A DNA stretch of 64,000 bases from a virus (IMGVR_UViG_3300009159_000053:1-64000); one strand, 5' to 3'; numbered from the stretch's first letter, positions 16,129 through 25,187 are shown. Program-made: numbers and translations. Notes: a model not told the origin generated them from the sequence alone.

Positions 16129-17634
16129 CTAATCTTCTATTGATTGTTGAATAATTTTTGTTACAGTATCTTCTTTTAAAGCATCAGGTAACTCTCGAAG
16201 AGCCTGTGCTCTATCACCAAATATTGCAGAAAGAACGCCACCAGAACTTTGACGCTCTGCGGTAATGCGAACAAACTCTCTGTTTTCTTCTAACTCTTTT
16301 AAATTACCAACAAGTTTAAACAGCCGATCAATTTCTTGAGATACATTGGGATCAGCATATCCGCCATTCATCTCTTCTGCAAAACGCATAAAAGCCACTC
16401 TTTGGCCTTGCATTTCAATGATTGCGTTCAATAAAGCCTTAAGTTGATCTTTAGTCTTTACTTCAACAGGAAGGTTGAAAGCACAACTGTTGTCAGGCTT
16501 GAAAGCAGGACAGTTTGAAGCAACAAAACAGGTATTGCACTGACGAAGTGACGAATGTTGATTATTAATAATTGGGACATCTTTAAGAACATCTTTTCCC
16601 TCTTCATCAGTTTCAACTATTGTCTTCATTTTATATCCAAAGACAGGCAAGTTTTGAACCTCTAAAGGGTCTCTTTGTATCACTTCATTTGCAGAATTTT
16701 TCCGCACTTCAACCTCACTGTTATCAGAAGAGGGTAATTCAAATCCCATTAAACCTGTTAACAACTCATCGCTATTATCAGATACTTTCTCCTCTTTACC
16801 ACCATTGATGATGTGAAAATTTGGGCTTTTCTTATCCATAGACTCCTCTAATCGTTTGTAAGACCATACCGCAACTCTAGTTGCTTCAAGGGTACCATCC
16901 TGGACAAACTCCAAATAGTCTAGTCCAGCCTTCTCTACAATGGGCTTGTATCGTGGTCGTGCTTGATCTTTCATTCTCTTTGGATAACGAACTAATTTAG
17001 TTCCATCCCAAATAATAGTTTCACCTCTTCGCATAGGTGATAACCAAGACAATGTGCTGGCTGTAGCAAATGGTATCTGTCTTAAGTTATCTGGTTTAGC
17101 ACATCCAAGGGCGTGATAGACGGTATTAAATTGTTTAGAGTAACTCCGTGTAACGGCTGCTAAGTTAGTTACTGACTCAATTTCAGCATAAGGCACTACT
17201 ACGTTTTTGTACTTTTCAGAGATATCCTTAAGATTTAACAACCCATATTCCTCATGCCATACTACCCATAGTTTTGGATCATTACCAAAAAATGGACGTT
17301 GTTTTTCTACCCAATCTAACCCTAAAGTAAGTGAATCAAATTCTTGAAAAGCCTCTGCTCTATCAGCGTTATTGACTAAAAACTCTTGATAGTCTGCGGC
17401 TATCTCTAATAATTCTTCTTTAGATAGACCTGCTTTGTCCGCTTGTGCTGCCCCAGATTCTATATAAACTTTAGTCTCTGGAGTAAAATGTTCGCTAATA
17501 AGCCAAAGTTTAGTTTTTGGTAAACCACGTTTTCTAAGACCCCAATAGTTGAGTCCCATTGACTCAACTTTCTGACCTTCTAACAAGGTACGGTTTGAAC
17601 CAACTTCAGTTCCTGAAAAAATTAATTTAGTCAT
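16129..17634 (-). CDS. TGT/DpdA-like TIM-barrel protein (degenerate motifs) with C-terminal 4-Cys and helical domain
   Basis: YIESGA~FLDSGA, VVWH~PVWH, HALGC~HGFG, PFATASTLSW~PFxSVDSSSW; CNTC-x5-C-x8-C. Confidence 0.6.
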   Translation of the reverse strand: MTKLIFSGTEVGSNRTLLEGQKVESMGLNYWGLRKRGLPKTKLWLISEHFTPETKVYIESGAAQADKAGLSKEELLEIAADYQEFLVNNADRAEAFQEFDSLTLGLDWVEKQRPFFGNDPKLWVVWHEEYGLLNLKDISEKYKNVVVPYAEIESVTNLAAVTRSYSKQFNTVYHALGCAKPDNLRQIPFATASTLSWLSPMRRGETIIWDGTKLVRYPKRMKDQARPRYKPIVEKAGLDYLEFVQDGTLEATRVAVWSYKRLEESMDKKSPNFHIINGGKEEKVSDNSDELLTGLMGFELPSSDNSEVEVRKNSANEVIQRDPLEVQNLPVFGYKMKTIVETDEEGKDVLKDVPIINNQHSSLRQCNTCFVASNCPAFKPDNSCAFNLPVEVKTKDQLKALLNAIIEMQGQRVAFMRFAEEMNGGYADPNVSQEIDRLFKLVGNLKELEENREFVRITAERQSSGGVLSAIFGDRAQALRELPDALKEDTVTKIIQQSIED

Positions 17635-18115
17635 CCCAAAACTCTAGTTCTTTTGGATTGGCCGCATCCTTTGAACGAGCAATATTTACTCGATTAATAG
17701 ACTCCTCTATTTGATTCCAAGTACGAACTTTTTTAGGTGCATCAGGTCGTCTTTCTACAGCCAAATATCCTGGATTCATAAACATGATGGCTGGAATACC
17801 TTGTTCTTCAAAAACCCAAGCACACATAGACGGGTCAGAATCAACATACATCTCTATTGGAGCACGAGAACGACTCATAACAAATTGTCTCTTTTTTAAG
17901 TCTTCGCCTTCTAAATAAAAAGAACGATCAATTAAATCATCATAATTAATAATTCCGTGAGAATTAAGCCAATGTTCTGCATCCTCTGTTTTTCTAGAGG
18001 TCATAATGGCTACACGATTATTGGTGTTTAATGCATAGTAAAGCATTACTCCTGCTCGGATTGGTTCTCCTGTGTCCGAACTAAGTACGCCGTCTAGTGA
18101 TAGTAATATATTAAT
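17627..18115 (-). CDS. HAD-fold protein, probable ATT start
   Basis: Frame extends upstream of the track start to INILLSLDGVL (HAD motif I-like); MTSR (motif II), YVDSD (motif IV). Confidence 0.6.
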   Translation of the reverse strand: MNILLSLDGVLSSDTGEPIRAGVMLYYALNTNNRVAIMTSRKTEDAEHWLNSHGIINYDDLIDRSFYLEGEDLKKRQFVMSRSRAPIEMYVDSDPSMCAWVFEEQGIPAIMFMNPGYLAVERRPDAPKKVRTWNQIEESINRVNIARSKDAANPKELEFWDD

Positions 18116-18118
18116 TAG

Positions 18119-19054
18119 TTATCCTTTTGCTCGGTATGTTGCCGCTCTACGAATTAGGGTCTGAGTATCTGGTAAATCAATACCATAAGTTTCATCTGCT
18201 TGTTTTGCTTTGTATGCTGACCAGTACTCAGACAGTTGTTTTAGTGCAGAAACTGTTCCATATTTCTTACCAGCCTGCCATCTATAATTATAAAAATCTT
18301 CATAACCTTTACCATCTGGTCTAAAAGCGTATCGACGAGAATGGTGGATATCTTCAAAAAGAGCCGAACCTTGCATTAAAGCGGTTTGTAAACCAAACTC
18401 AGCGTTACGACGAGATGCTGGGTTTTTTGCATTTTGTAAATCTGTTAAATACTTTGAATAACGCATAACAATTTCTGAGGCTTTGGAAGTATCTTTTTGA
18501 ATGGCTGATTCCCACGCTAAATTTTGTGTAGCACCCTGTTGCTTAGGAAACACTGTCCACTCATTGTGGTTAAGGTCGTATGCAGCATAAGGATTAATTG
18601 TTCTAATATCTGTGGCTCCAGGATTAACGTAAAAAGTTACTTCAAATCCATTCCAGTTAGTCATTTCAGGCTGTAGGTGTTCTCTAAAATCTTCATTTAA
18701 CATTTTGCTAATTTCAATATCTGATAATCCCATATATTCTGGATGGGCTTTTCTAAATAAAAAATAATCAACCCCAATGAGGATATCTAAATCTCCTGGT
18801 TCACGATCTGCTGACCATTGGAAAGATATCGCTGAACCTGCAATCCAAACTCTTGTCCACAAATCTGCATGGCGATAAGCGTCATCTAAAAATCCATACA
18901 ATTTTTGAAGAATACCATTACGAACCCAACCTTTTAAAGTTGTGTTTACAAATAACTGCGGGTCTAACTCTTCTTCAGGATCAGAAAAATAAGAAGTAGG
19001 GGCAGCCTGTAATTGAACAGGACTTACAAAGCCAGTTAAATCACTCATAGACAT
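18119..19054 (-). CDS. Pol-beta superfamily nucleotidyltransferase
   Basis: WIAGS...GDLDILI motif; distal EVTFY. Confidence 0.75.
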   Translation of the reverse strand: MSMSDLTGFVSPVQLQAAPTSYFSDPEEELDPQLFVNTTLKGWVRNGILQKLYGFLDDAYRHADLWTRVWIAGSAISFQWSADREPGDLDILIGVDYFLFRKAHPEYMGLSDIEISKMLNEDFREHLQPEMTNWNGFEVTFYVNPGATDIRTINPYAAYDLNHNEWTVFPKQQGATQNLAWESAIQKDTSKASEIVMRYSKYLTDLQNAKNPASRRNAEFGLQTALMQGSALFEDIHHSRRYAFRPDGKGYEDFYNYRWQAGKKYGTVSALKQLSEYWSAYKAKQADETYGIDLPDTQTLIRRAATYRAKG

Positions 19055-19067
19055 AGTCTATGGCTCT

Positions 19068-19358
19068 TTAGGCTTGTGGGGTGTCTATGCCTCTATCACT
19101 TAGTGCATTTATCAATTTTTCCTTGAATTCTGCAACATTGTCCTTTGGTTGCAGACTTGCCAATACAGTACGTGCAACTCGATCTGCAAGTAATTGGCTT
19201 TCAATATCGGAGACTAACTCTCTGCTTGTTTGATATATATCAAAAGTAGTTGCTCTTCTTTGAATTACTTCGCTAGGTTCAAGCACCTCGGTAAACACAG
19301 TTCCATCTAATCTAATACCTACAGTATAGGCTGCTTGGATCATCTCATTATCAGACAT
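19068..19358 (-). CDS. hypothetical protein
   Basis: Track ORF; start moved to MSDNEM. Confidence 0.65.
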   Translation of the reverse strand: MSDNEMIQAAYTVGIRLDGTVFTEVLEPSEVIQRRATTFDIYQTSRELVSDIESQLLADRVARTVLASLQPKDNVAEFKEKLINALSDRGIDTPQA

Positions 19359-19360
19359 TA

Positions 19361-19906
19361 TTATATTCCCATCAACTTTCTCTTTCGTTGTGCTACGGAT
19401 ATTGCTACAGGACAAAAGTCGCACAAATAAGTTTTTGGACCTGCGGATTCTTCATACTTCTCCATACCCTCTGCTCTGCGTTCCTTTATTGTTTTCGGCA
19501 CCAACATCTTGTCTTTAATATGCCAATCTGAACAGCCATCCTTTGGTTTGTTGTGTTGCCTATAGCAAGTCATTGCATCTTCCATAAAGGTAGATCGTGA
19601 TTCGTAGAAAGTATCATCCACCTCTGCAATACCAGCAGAACCTCCACCTTTTATTTGTCTAATAATTTCTTTTTTTGACTCTGTCTTAGCCCATGCTTTT
19701 AATGGCAATACAAATAGTTTTCCTTTATGCGGTTCTCCAGAAGGAAAGACATGCTGTTCACAGGCAATTTCTAATAGGTAATCTTGCTCAGGCGCACCCT
19801 CATAAGGTGGTAACTCTTCTAATGTTTGACAGACAAGACAGTACAACAACCTAAACTGTGGTTCATTATCTTGTTTTTTCTGTCCAAGAATTGGTACATT
19901 ACTCAT
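19361..19906 (-). CDS. Zn-binding hypothetical protein
   Basis: CLVC...H..H, C..H..P..GC, LCDFCP; AAGGAG RBS. Confidence 0.75.
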   Translation of the reverse strand: MSNVPILGQKKQDNEPQFRLLYCLVCQTLEELPPYEGAPEQDYLLEIACEQHVFPSGEPHKGKLFVLPLKAWAKTESKKEIIRQIKGGGSAGIAEVDDTFYESRSTFMEDAMTCYRQHNKPKDGCSDWHIKDKMLVPKTIKERRAEGMEKYEESAGPKTYLCDFCPVAISVAQRKRKLMGI

Positions 19907-19942
19907 AGTGCTCCTTGTGGTAGTCCGTTTATCCTATACTAT

Positions 19943-20119
19943 TTAAGCGGCTAAGGCTATTTTACGATGACCTTGATTGTGGTCTAACCTATCTGTTCTT
20001 TTAATTGAATATCCACAACAAGATTTACCCTTGTTTACGTTTGACTTTGGGCTTTTCTTACTTGCTTTACCACACTTACGGGCGTCATTACGACCCCCAC
20101 CACTCTTACTTCTCGCCAA
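19943..20119 (-). CDS. putative 58-aa basic protein ending in ALAA
   Basis: Hand-translated from TTG: MARSKSGGGRND...HRKIALAA; fills the gap; no clear RBS. Confidence 0.35.
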   Translation of the reverse strand: MARSKSGGGRNDARKCGKASKKSPKSNVNKGKSCCGYSIKRTDRLDHNQGHRKIALAA

Positions 20120-20456
20120 GAGGTAGGCCGTAGTCTGGGTTCTTTGCGTTATCGTGTCCGCTTTGGAAGTGGGTGTTCAATGCACGCTTAACGATGGTTT
20201 GATGTTTGGAAGTAGTTCGAGAATATTTTGTTGTAGATTGTTGCCAACCCGCATCTCCGTGCCATGCAATAGGTGTTCCGTAAGAACGTACTGTATATGT
20301 TGGATTTGATTTGCGATATTCACGAGTTTCATCATCTGACATATAGCCAGGGCCAGTGGTACCTTCTACACCAGATAGTGCTGATGCTTGAAAAGGTTCT
20401 TTGCTTGAAATAAAATCAGGAGCCTTTGCTAAATTTGTTTTTGCTACTCTTGCCAT
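20106..20456 (-). CDS. conserved small phage protein (YTVRSYGTPIAW...YSRTTSKHQ family)
   Basis: Motif recognised; start moved to MARVAK. Confidence 0.75.
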   Translation of the reverse strand: MARVAKTNLAKAPDFISSKEPFQASALSGVEGTTGPGYMSDDETREYRKSNPTYTVRSYGTPIAWHGDAGWQQSTTKYSRTTSKHQTIVKRALNTHFQSGHDNAKNPDYGLPLGEK

Positions 20457-20458
20457 AA

Positions 20459-20740
20459 TTAATCCTGAAACTGATCTGTGTTTAACCACGAATGTAGGTG
20501 GTGTGCTTCAACAATTGCAGATGCGGGTGCTGCTTTCTTGCCTTTATACAAAATACCTTCTGGAAGTTTAATATTTGAATTATTCTTGCCTTTGTTTACT
20601 GCAGAGATAGCACGTTTTGATGGTCCAAGCATTGATGCTGGAACTGGTGGATAATGGTTTCCTTGCAAATGTGCAAGCAATCCCATATCTTTATTCTTGC
20701 CTTTCATTGAGGCATATTCTGCTGCATGCATACTTCCCAT
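20459..20740 (-). CDS. hypothetical protein (HLQGNHYPPVP...IVEAHHL)
   Basis: ORF with AGGA RBS. Confidence 0.75.
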   Translation of the reverse strand: MGSMHAAEYASMKGKNKDMGLLAHLQGNHYPPVPASMLGPSKRAISAVNKGKNNSNIKLPEGILYKGKKAAPASAIVEAHHLHSWLNTDQFQD

Positions 20741-20749
20741 AATTAATCC

Positions 20750-20998
20750 TTAATCTCTAAAAGATTGACGTTGAGTTTTTTGCATTCCTTGCAACATTCG
20801 ACCTGCTCTACCTTTACCCGCTACACTGGCTCTTGTTGCTTCTGTTGAACCTGTAGTAACTTTATGAGTCCCACTTTTTTCAATCATTGCTTTAGCGTGT
20901 GCTGCACTTGTTGCTGCAAAAGGAGTTACAGAGCCAGACCATCCACCGTCTTTTTGTTCAACTGTGTGAGTGAATTGTTTTGGCTGAAGATTATACAT
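20750..20998 (-). CDS. hypothetical protein
   Basis: Tightly packed ORF. Confidence 0.65.
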   Translation of the reverse strand: MYNLQPKQFTHTVEQKDGGWSGSVTPFAATSAAHAKAMIEKSGTHKVTTGSTEATRASVAGKGRAGRMLQGMQKTQRQSFRD

Positions 20999-21199
20999 TT
21001 ACTTACCTGGGTTTACCTTTGCTGGATACTCAGAGGTTGCAAAACCATAACCATAAAATGGATGAAGTGATTGACGGTTGGCTTCAGTAGCAGATGACTC
21101 TGGACCTACTTCAGTATCAGGACGTACCTTGCGATACTTTCCATCTGTTGCACCATCATCAAGTGACTTGTTCATTGAGCGAGATGAATTAACGGCCAT
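20999..21199 (-). CDS. hypothetical protein
   Basis: Tightly packed ORF. Confidence 0.65.
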   Translation of the reverse strand: MAVNSSRSMNKSLDDGATDGKYRKVRPDTEVGPESSATEANRQSLHPFYGYGFATSEYPAKVNPGK

Positions 21200-21393
21200 T
21201 ATTTCTTCTTCCTATTTGCCTCAATAACGGCTTCCACCGCTTGAGTTGATTGAGCATACTGTTCCTTGCGAGATGCTGGATACTCTCCTGTTGAAGAAGA
21301 TATTAATCCACCTGTATCTCTGACTAAATTATGCACCCTTTGGCGCTCTTTAGCACTCTGAATGCGGGTCCTTCTGCGGTCGTTAAACATCAT
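21199..21393 (-). CDS. hypothetical basic protein
   Basis: Translationally coupled ORF. Confidence 0.6.
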   Translation of the reverse strand: MMFNDRRRTRIQSAKERQRVHNLVRDTGGLISSSTGEYPASRKEQYAQSTQAVEAVIEANRKKK

Positions 21394-21590
21394 GACATTT
21401 TTTCCTTTATTCTTTTAGCGTTTTTTGCTGTTGTGCAAGACAAGCAGTGTCCTCTATTAGATAGGAATTCAACAGGATTCATAACGACGCCGCAAGTCGG
21501 ACAAGGTGATGAGCCGTTATACATAGTGGCGTTAGAAGCAATTAATCCTGCTTGTAACTCCATCGTCAACATACCGTCGCCATCATTCAT
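21390..21590 (-). CDS. small Zn-ribbon protein
   Basis: CPTCG...CLSC. Confidence 0.65.
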   Translation of the reverse strand: MNDGDGMLTMELQAGLIASNATMYNGSSPCPTCGVVMNPVEFLSNRGHCLSCTTAKNAKRIKEKMS

Positions 21591-21790
21591 TAGAATCCTC
21601 TTTCATCTGCACAGCCGTTACACATACGCCCACCAGGCATGTAATCACTTGCGCCTTTTTTACCACAAGCGTCGCATTTCCATTTTGGATTTTCTCCTTT
21701 AAAAATGGTCGCTTTATTAACTAAACTCATGTATGAACCAGGAACACGTTTTGGATCATTACCACGATCAGGAACTATGTTTGCCATCAT
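21590..21790 (-). CDS. small Zn-finger protein with IVPDRGNDPKR N-terminus
   Basis: CDACG...CNGC; start moved to MMANIV. Confidence 0.65.
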   Translation of the reverse strand: MMANIVPDRGNDPKRVPGSYMSLVNKATIFKGENPKWKCDACGKKGASDYMPGGRMCNGCADERGF

Positions 21791-21990
21791 TAATACCTTT
21801 CTGGATCCCATTCACCAATTCGTTTTTGATATCCGTAAAAAGGATCTTTTGCTCCTGGTTTCCTAGCCTTTAACATCTCTTCATACTGTATTGGGCTAAC
21901 TCTTTTTTTACGTTCTACGTTATTTACCTCTTCAAGATAAGACATCTTGCGCTTTGGATCATCACCACGATCAGGAACTATAGTTGGCAT
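21790..21990 (-). CDS. small protein with IVPDRGDDPKR N-terminus
   Basis: TAATG-coupled ORF. Confidence 0.65.
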   Translation of the reverse strand: MPTIVPDRGDDPKRKMSYLEEVNNVERKKRVSPIQYEEMLKARKPGAKDPFYGYQKRIGEWDPERY

Positions 21991-22352
21991 TAGTTACTCC
22001 CTAGTGCGTTTCGTTCGGCTGCTTGATAACCAGCAACACCGCCAGAGAACCAGGATACTCTTGGTTCAGAGTAATTTCTATCGATAGTTACAATGTCATC
22101 AATACCAGGTTGACTGCGATCTCCGTAGCCATAACGTTCTGGAAATAATTGAATCTGAGGTAGTGGTGGTCTAACCATTTCTTGAATATCTTTTCCAGGT
22201 ATGTTCATAACCATGAGAGCCTGTTGTGTAAGACGTTCTTGATTGGATGCCCATGGTCCTAGATAAGAGTACCTCTTGGCTACCTTGTCAGGTTGTACAG
22301 GTGCACGCCACGGCTTTGTATAATCATAAACGCCATCAAATTTCTGTGTCAT
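21990..22352 (-). CDS. hypothetical protein
   Basis: Translationally coupled ORF. Confidence 0.7.
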   Translation of the reverse strand: MTQKFDGVYDYTKPWRAPVQPDKVAKRYSYLGPWASNQERLTQQALMVMNIPGKDIQEMVRPPLPQIQLFPERYGYGDRSQPGIDDIVTIDRNYSEPRVSWFSGGVAGYQAAERNALGSN

Positions 22353-23020
22353 CCTATTGCTCCTCTATGAGTTACCCAGGATGTTGCTTGTACTTTATTT
22401 GGTACATCAACACCTAACTCTCCAGCAGCATGCTGATACGCATGAACGAAGTGCTTGTATCTACCCATTGAACTTAAGCCTAGATCTTGAGACATAGTTC
22501 CTGTCTGGCGTGGAACTTTTAACTCTTCTAAATTCTTTGGCTTTCCTGTTCCAGCAAAAGGTCTTCCCATTGCAATGTCGTATGCATGACGATCAATTGT
22601 TACAGGCTCCTTATTACTTGGATCATTAATGTTCTTGAAGAAACTAGTTACTTTGTTTCCACCTAATACTTTTTCTGGCTCTTCACCAGCGTGAATTCTT
22701 TGGGCTTTTGCAACATTTGCTGGAAGGAGGGCGCTCTTAACATCGCCAGTCTTTACTAATTCTTTTGCTTCTCTAACATTTCTATCCCAATCACTTAATG
22801 GGGATAATGCCGCAATAATTCCTGCGCCACGTTTTGTGTCTCCACCACCAAGTTTGGTTGCTTCTTCGTGTGCCTTTTCATACCATTGATGTCCGCCTTC
22901 AATAAATGTTGGGGATGCTTCACGGTACTTTTTAATAACATTTTCTACATGGTCTTTAAATTGTGCTTGAGCAATATTCTGATCCCAACGACCATGAGGG
23001 TTGACTCCGAAGTAAGCCAT
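22349..23020 (-). CDS. HhH-glycosylase-like conserved phage protein
   Basis: WY...IIAALSP..W..N...KVTSF..NI...VTIDRHA...QA..W pattern. Confidence 0.65.
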   Translation of the reverse strand: MAYFGVNPHGRWDQNIAQAQFKDHVENVIKKYREASPTFIEGGHQWYEKAHEEATKLGGGDTKRGAGIIAALSPLSDWDRNVREAKELVKTGDVKSALLPANVAKAQRIHAGEEPEKVLGGNKVTSFFKNINDPSNKEPVTIDRHAYDIAMGRPFAGTGKPKNLEELKVPRQTGTMSQDLGLSSMGRYKHFVHAYQHAAGELGVDVPNKVQATSWVTHRGAIG

Positions 23021-23021
23021 A

Positions 23022-23555
23022 TTATGCCCACGCAGGTCTTAGATAGGCAAGCATTGCTTTACGGCGTGCATCAATGGTTCCTGGTTGGTCTGCAACAGTG
23101 TTTGCTTTACCATCATTTACTAGATGTGGAGCAGGTGTTAGTTGTGTCTGTGGTGCACTTCTTTCTGACATATAAACAACTGCGCCATTTATGTTTACTA
23201 ACTTTGCTTTCATTTGGCGTTCAATACCCGTCATTGGGTGTATTTGTTCTGGCCAATAATACATAGAAGGTTCAATGCGCTCACCCTTGTGAACACCACG
23301 TTGATAGGCCTTCTGATTTACACGGTTCTTAATAGAGTCTAATAGACGATCATCTCTTCGAGATCGCATTGTGCCAAGATAACCATCTGGATACTCTGCA
23401 GAAGGAATGCGACCCATGCCCATGCGGGATTCATCAATTGCACTACGTGCTATAGGAGTTCCTGCACCACCTTGATTGTTATAACCGTAGAGACCTCCAC
23501 CACCAAGAGATTGCCAGTTTTGTGATGCTGAAAGATTATTAACTCCACCAGCCAT
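23022..23555 (-). CDS. hypothetical protein
   Basis: ORF; YPDGYLGT...YQRGVHKGER. Confidence 0.75.
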   Translation of the reverse strand: MAGGVNNLSASQNWQSLGGGGLYGYNNQGGAGTPIARSAIDESRMGMGRIPSAEYPDGYLGTMRSRRDDRLLDSIKNRVNQKAYQRGVHKGERIEPSMYYWPEQIHPMTGIERQMKAKLVNINGAVVYMSERSAPQTQLTPAPHLVNDGKANTVADQPGTIDARRKAMLAYLRPAWA

Positions 23556-24130
23556 TACACACCTCTATCTCTGCGGTTTTTTGCAATAGTTGCATAGACC
23601 TCATTTACTGAAATTTTTTTACCCTTATATGTAGAGCCACGACTTATCTGAGATTGTTCTGCAAATTCTTGAGCCTTTGGTTTTGGTTCCATTCTTTCAT
23701 ACTCTGCTGTTCGATGAGCACTTGCTACAAACTCTGGGTTAGATTCAACACCAGGAACTTTGCGACCAAAATAAACATTACCACCCTGTGGGCGCCTTAC
23801 ATCTGTTCCACCTAAATCATATCCAGCAATTTGTTTATTTTCTACACCAGCGGTACGTGCTCCTGGAAGGGTACTGTGTTTAACACTTATATCTGCAAAT
23901 ATTTTTCCACCAGTTTTCCATGCACCTTGATAAACATCGCCTGTTGCTTTTGTTTTATTTTCTTCTTTAAAACTCTTTGCTTGTTCTGCAGTATATGGTG
24001 CGTCAGTAATCTTTTCAGCACCAGGAATTGAAACCATAACTCCAGGACTTTTAGGAGATTCACCAGTCTTAAAACTTCTGCTGGCTCCACCTTCGTTGGC
24101 TAAATTAGCAAATTGTTCATTACTAAGCAT
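23555..24130 (-). CDS. hypothetical protein (GxW...DIS...G...QIA.YD domain)
   Basis: Start moved to MLSNEQF. Confidence 0.7.
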   Translation of the reverse strand: MLSNEQFANLANEGGASRSFKTGESPKSPGVMVSIPGAEKITDAPYTAEQAKSFKEENKTKATGDVYQGAWKTGGKIFADISVKHSTLPGARTAGVENKQIAGYDLGGTDVRRPQGGNVYFGRKVPGVESNPEFVASAHRTAEYERMEPKPKAQEFAEQSQISRGSTYKGKKISVNEVYATIAKNRRDRGV

Positions 24131-24380
24131 TTGGGTTTCTACCACCAGAGTTAGGTGTAACTGATGTATTTGTAGAAGTATCATCCCAATTAAATGTTGT
24201 GCCAGCGGTTTTTTTAGATAATGATAAAGGTTTACCGCCACCAATACTTCTATTTTTCCATGCAGTTGCTTGAGCAGCAGATCCTGCTGTAGAAGAACTA
24301 AATGATAACGGCGTGTCTACATCTGGTGTTTGTGGCACCATTGAATTACTACCGCCGAATTGTGAATTCGACAATGGCAT
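24123..24380 (-). CDS. low-complexity hypothetical protein
   Basis: Start moved to MPLSNSQF. Confidence 0.6.
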   Translation of the reverse strand: MPLSNSQFGGSNSMVPQTPDVDTPLSFSSSTAGSAAQATAWKNRSIGGGKPLSLSKKTAGTTFNWDDTSTNTSVTPNSGGRNPNA

Positions 24381-24381
24381 T

Positions 24382-24798
24382 TTAGTAGGCGTCGCCCATT
24401 CCACCTTGGAAGTTAGGATTTTGACGTCCTGAAACCGAAGGAATGGTTCTTGCGTTAGTCATTGTTGATCCTGAACAAGGGTCAATACAAGGCATTGTTG
24501 TAGTAATTCTATGTGCAGCACCTTTGCGCTCAGACGCTGCTGAATCTGCTACAAGTACATTCTTTCTATTTGCTTTTGTACCGTACATTGGTTCTGCTGC
24601 TTGAGTGTTCTTCTTTGGCATCAATGTACCAACAGAAGGTGTACCACTTACATTAGTAAATGTTGCATTTGCACCAGATGGGGTGTATTGATCTGGGCTC
24701 ATATCTTTTTTCATTTTAGTACCTGCTGACTCTAGATGGTTTGAAGGTGCGCCCATGCGACGTCGCATTGCGTGACCCATATCTGTCCAATTTGCCAT
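24382..24798 (-). CDS. hypothetical protein
   Basis: AAGGAG RBS; probable promoter upstream. Confidence 0.7.
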   Translation of the reverse strand: MANWTDMGHAMRRRMGAPSNHLESAGTKMKKDMSPDQYTPSGANATFTNVSGTPSVGTLMPKKNTQAAEPMYGTKANRKNVLVADSAASERKGAAHRITTTMPCIDPCSGSTMTNARTIPSVSGRQNPNFQGGMGDAY

Positions 24799-24835
24799 GG
24801 TGACTCCTTAGTGTATGTCTAAGGATAGAACTAAA

Positions 24836-25132
24836 TTAACTTGCTGTAATGGCGAATACAATGGCGGAAATTTCTCCATCACGGGATTCAATAGTGGTAA
24901 ATCCTGGTTTGCAGGTTAAATCTAAACCCCTAGGGGCTACATAGCCACGAGATATAGCAATTGCTTTAACTGCTTGATTTACTGCTCCCGCACCTACGGC
25001 ACGTAATTTTACTTCGTGTTTTTCGTAAATAACATGAGCAATTGCTGATGCCACACTTTGAGGATTTGAACTTGCACTAACTCTTAAAAACGGTTCGTCA
25101 GTAGAAATAGGAATTTCAGGTGAAGTTGTCAT
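24836..25132 (-). CDS. spoVS: SpoVS family (Alba-like) protein
   Basis: LRVSASSNPQSVASAIA...RAVGAGAVNQAVKAIAISRGY...P.F...GEISAI. Confidence 0.93.
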   Translation of the reverse strand: MTTSPEIPISTDEPFLRVSASSNPQSVASAIAHVIYEKHEVKLRAVGAGAVNQAVKAIAISRGYVAPRGLDLTCKPGFTTIESRDGEISAIVFAITAS

Positions 25133-25187
25133 GTCTAGTAGTCCTTTGAGTCGAATTTATGTACCGCTCCTAGAATATAGGGTAAGG

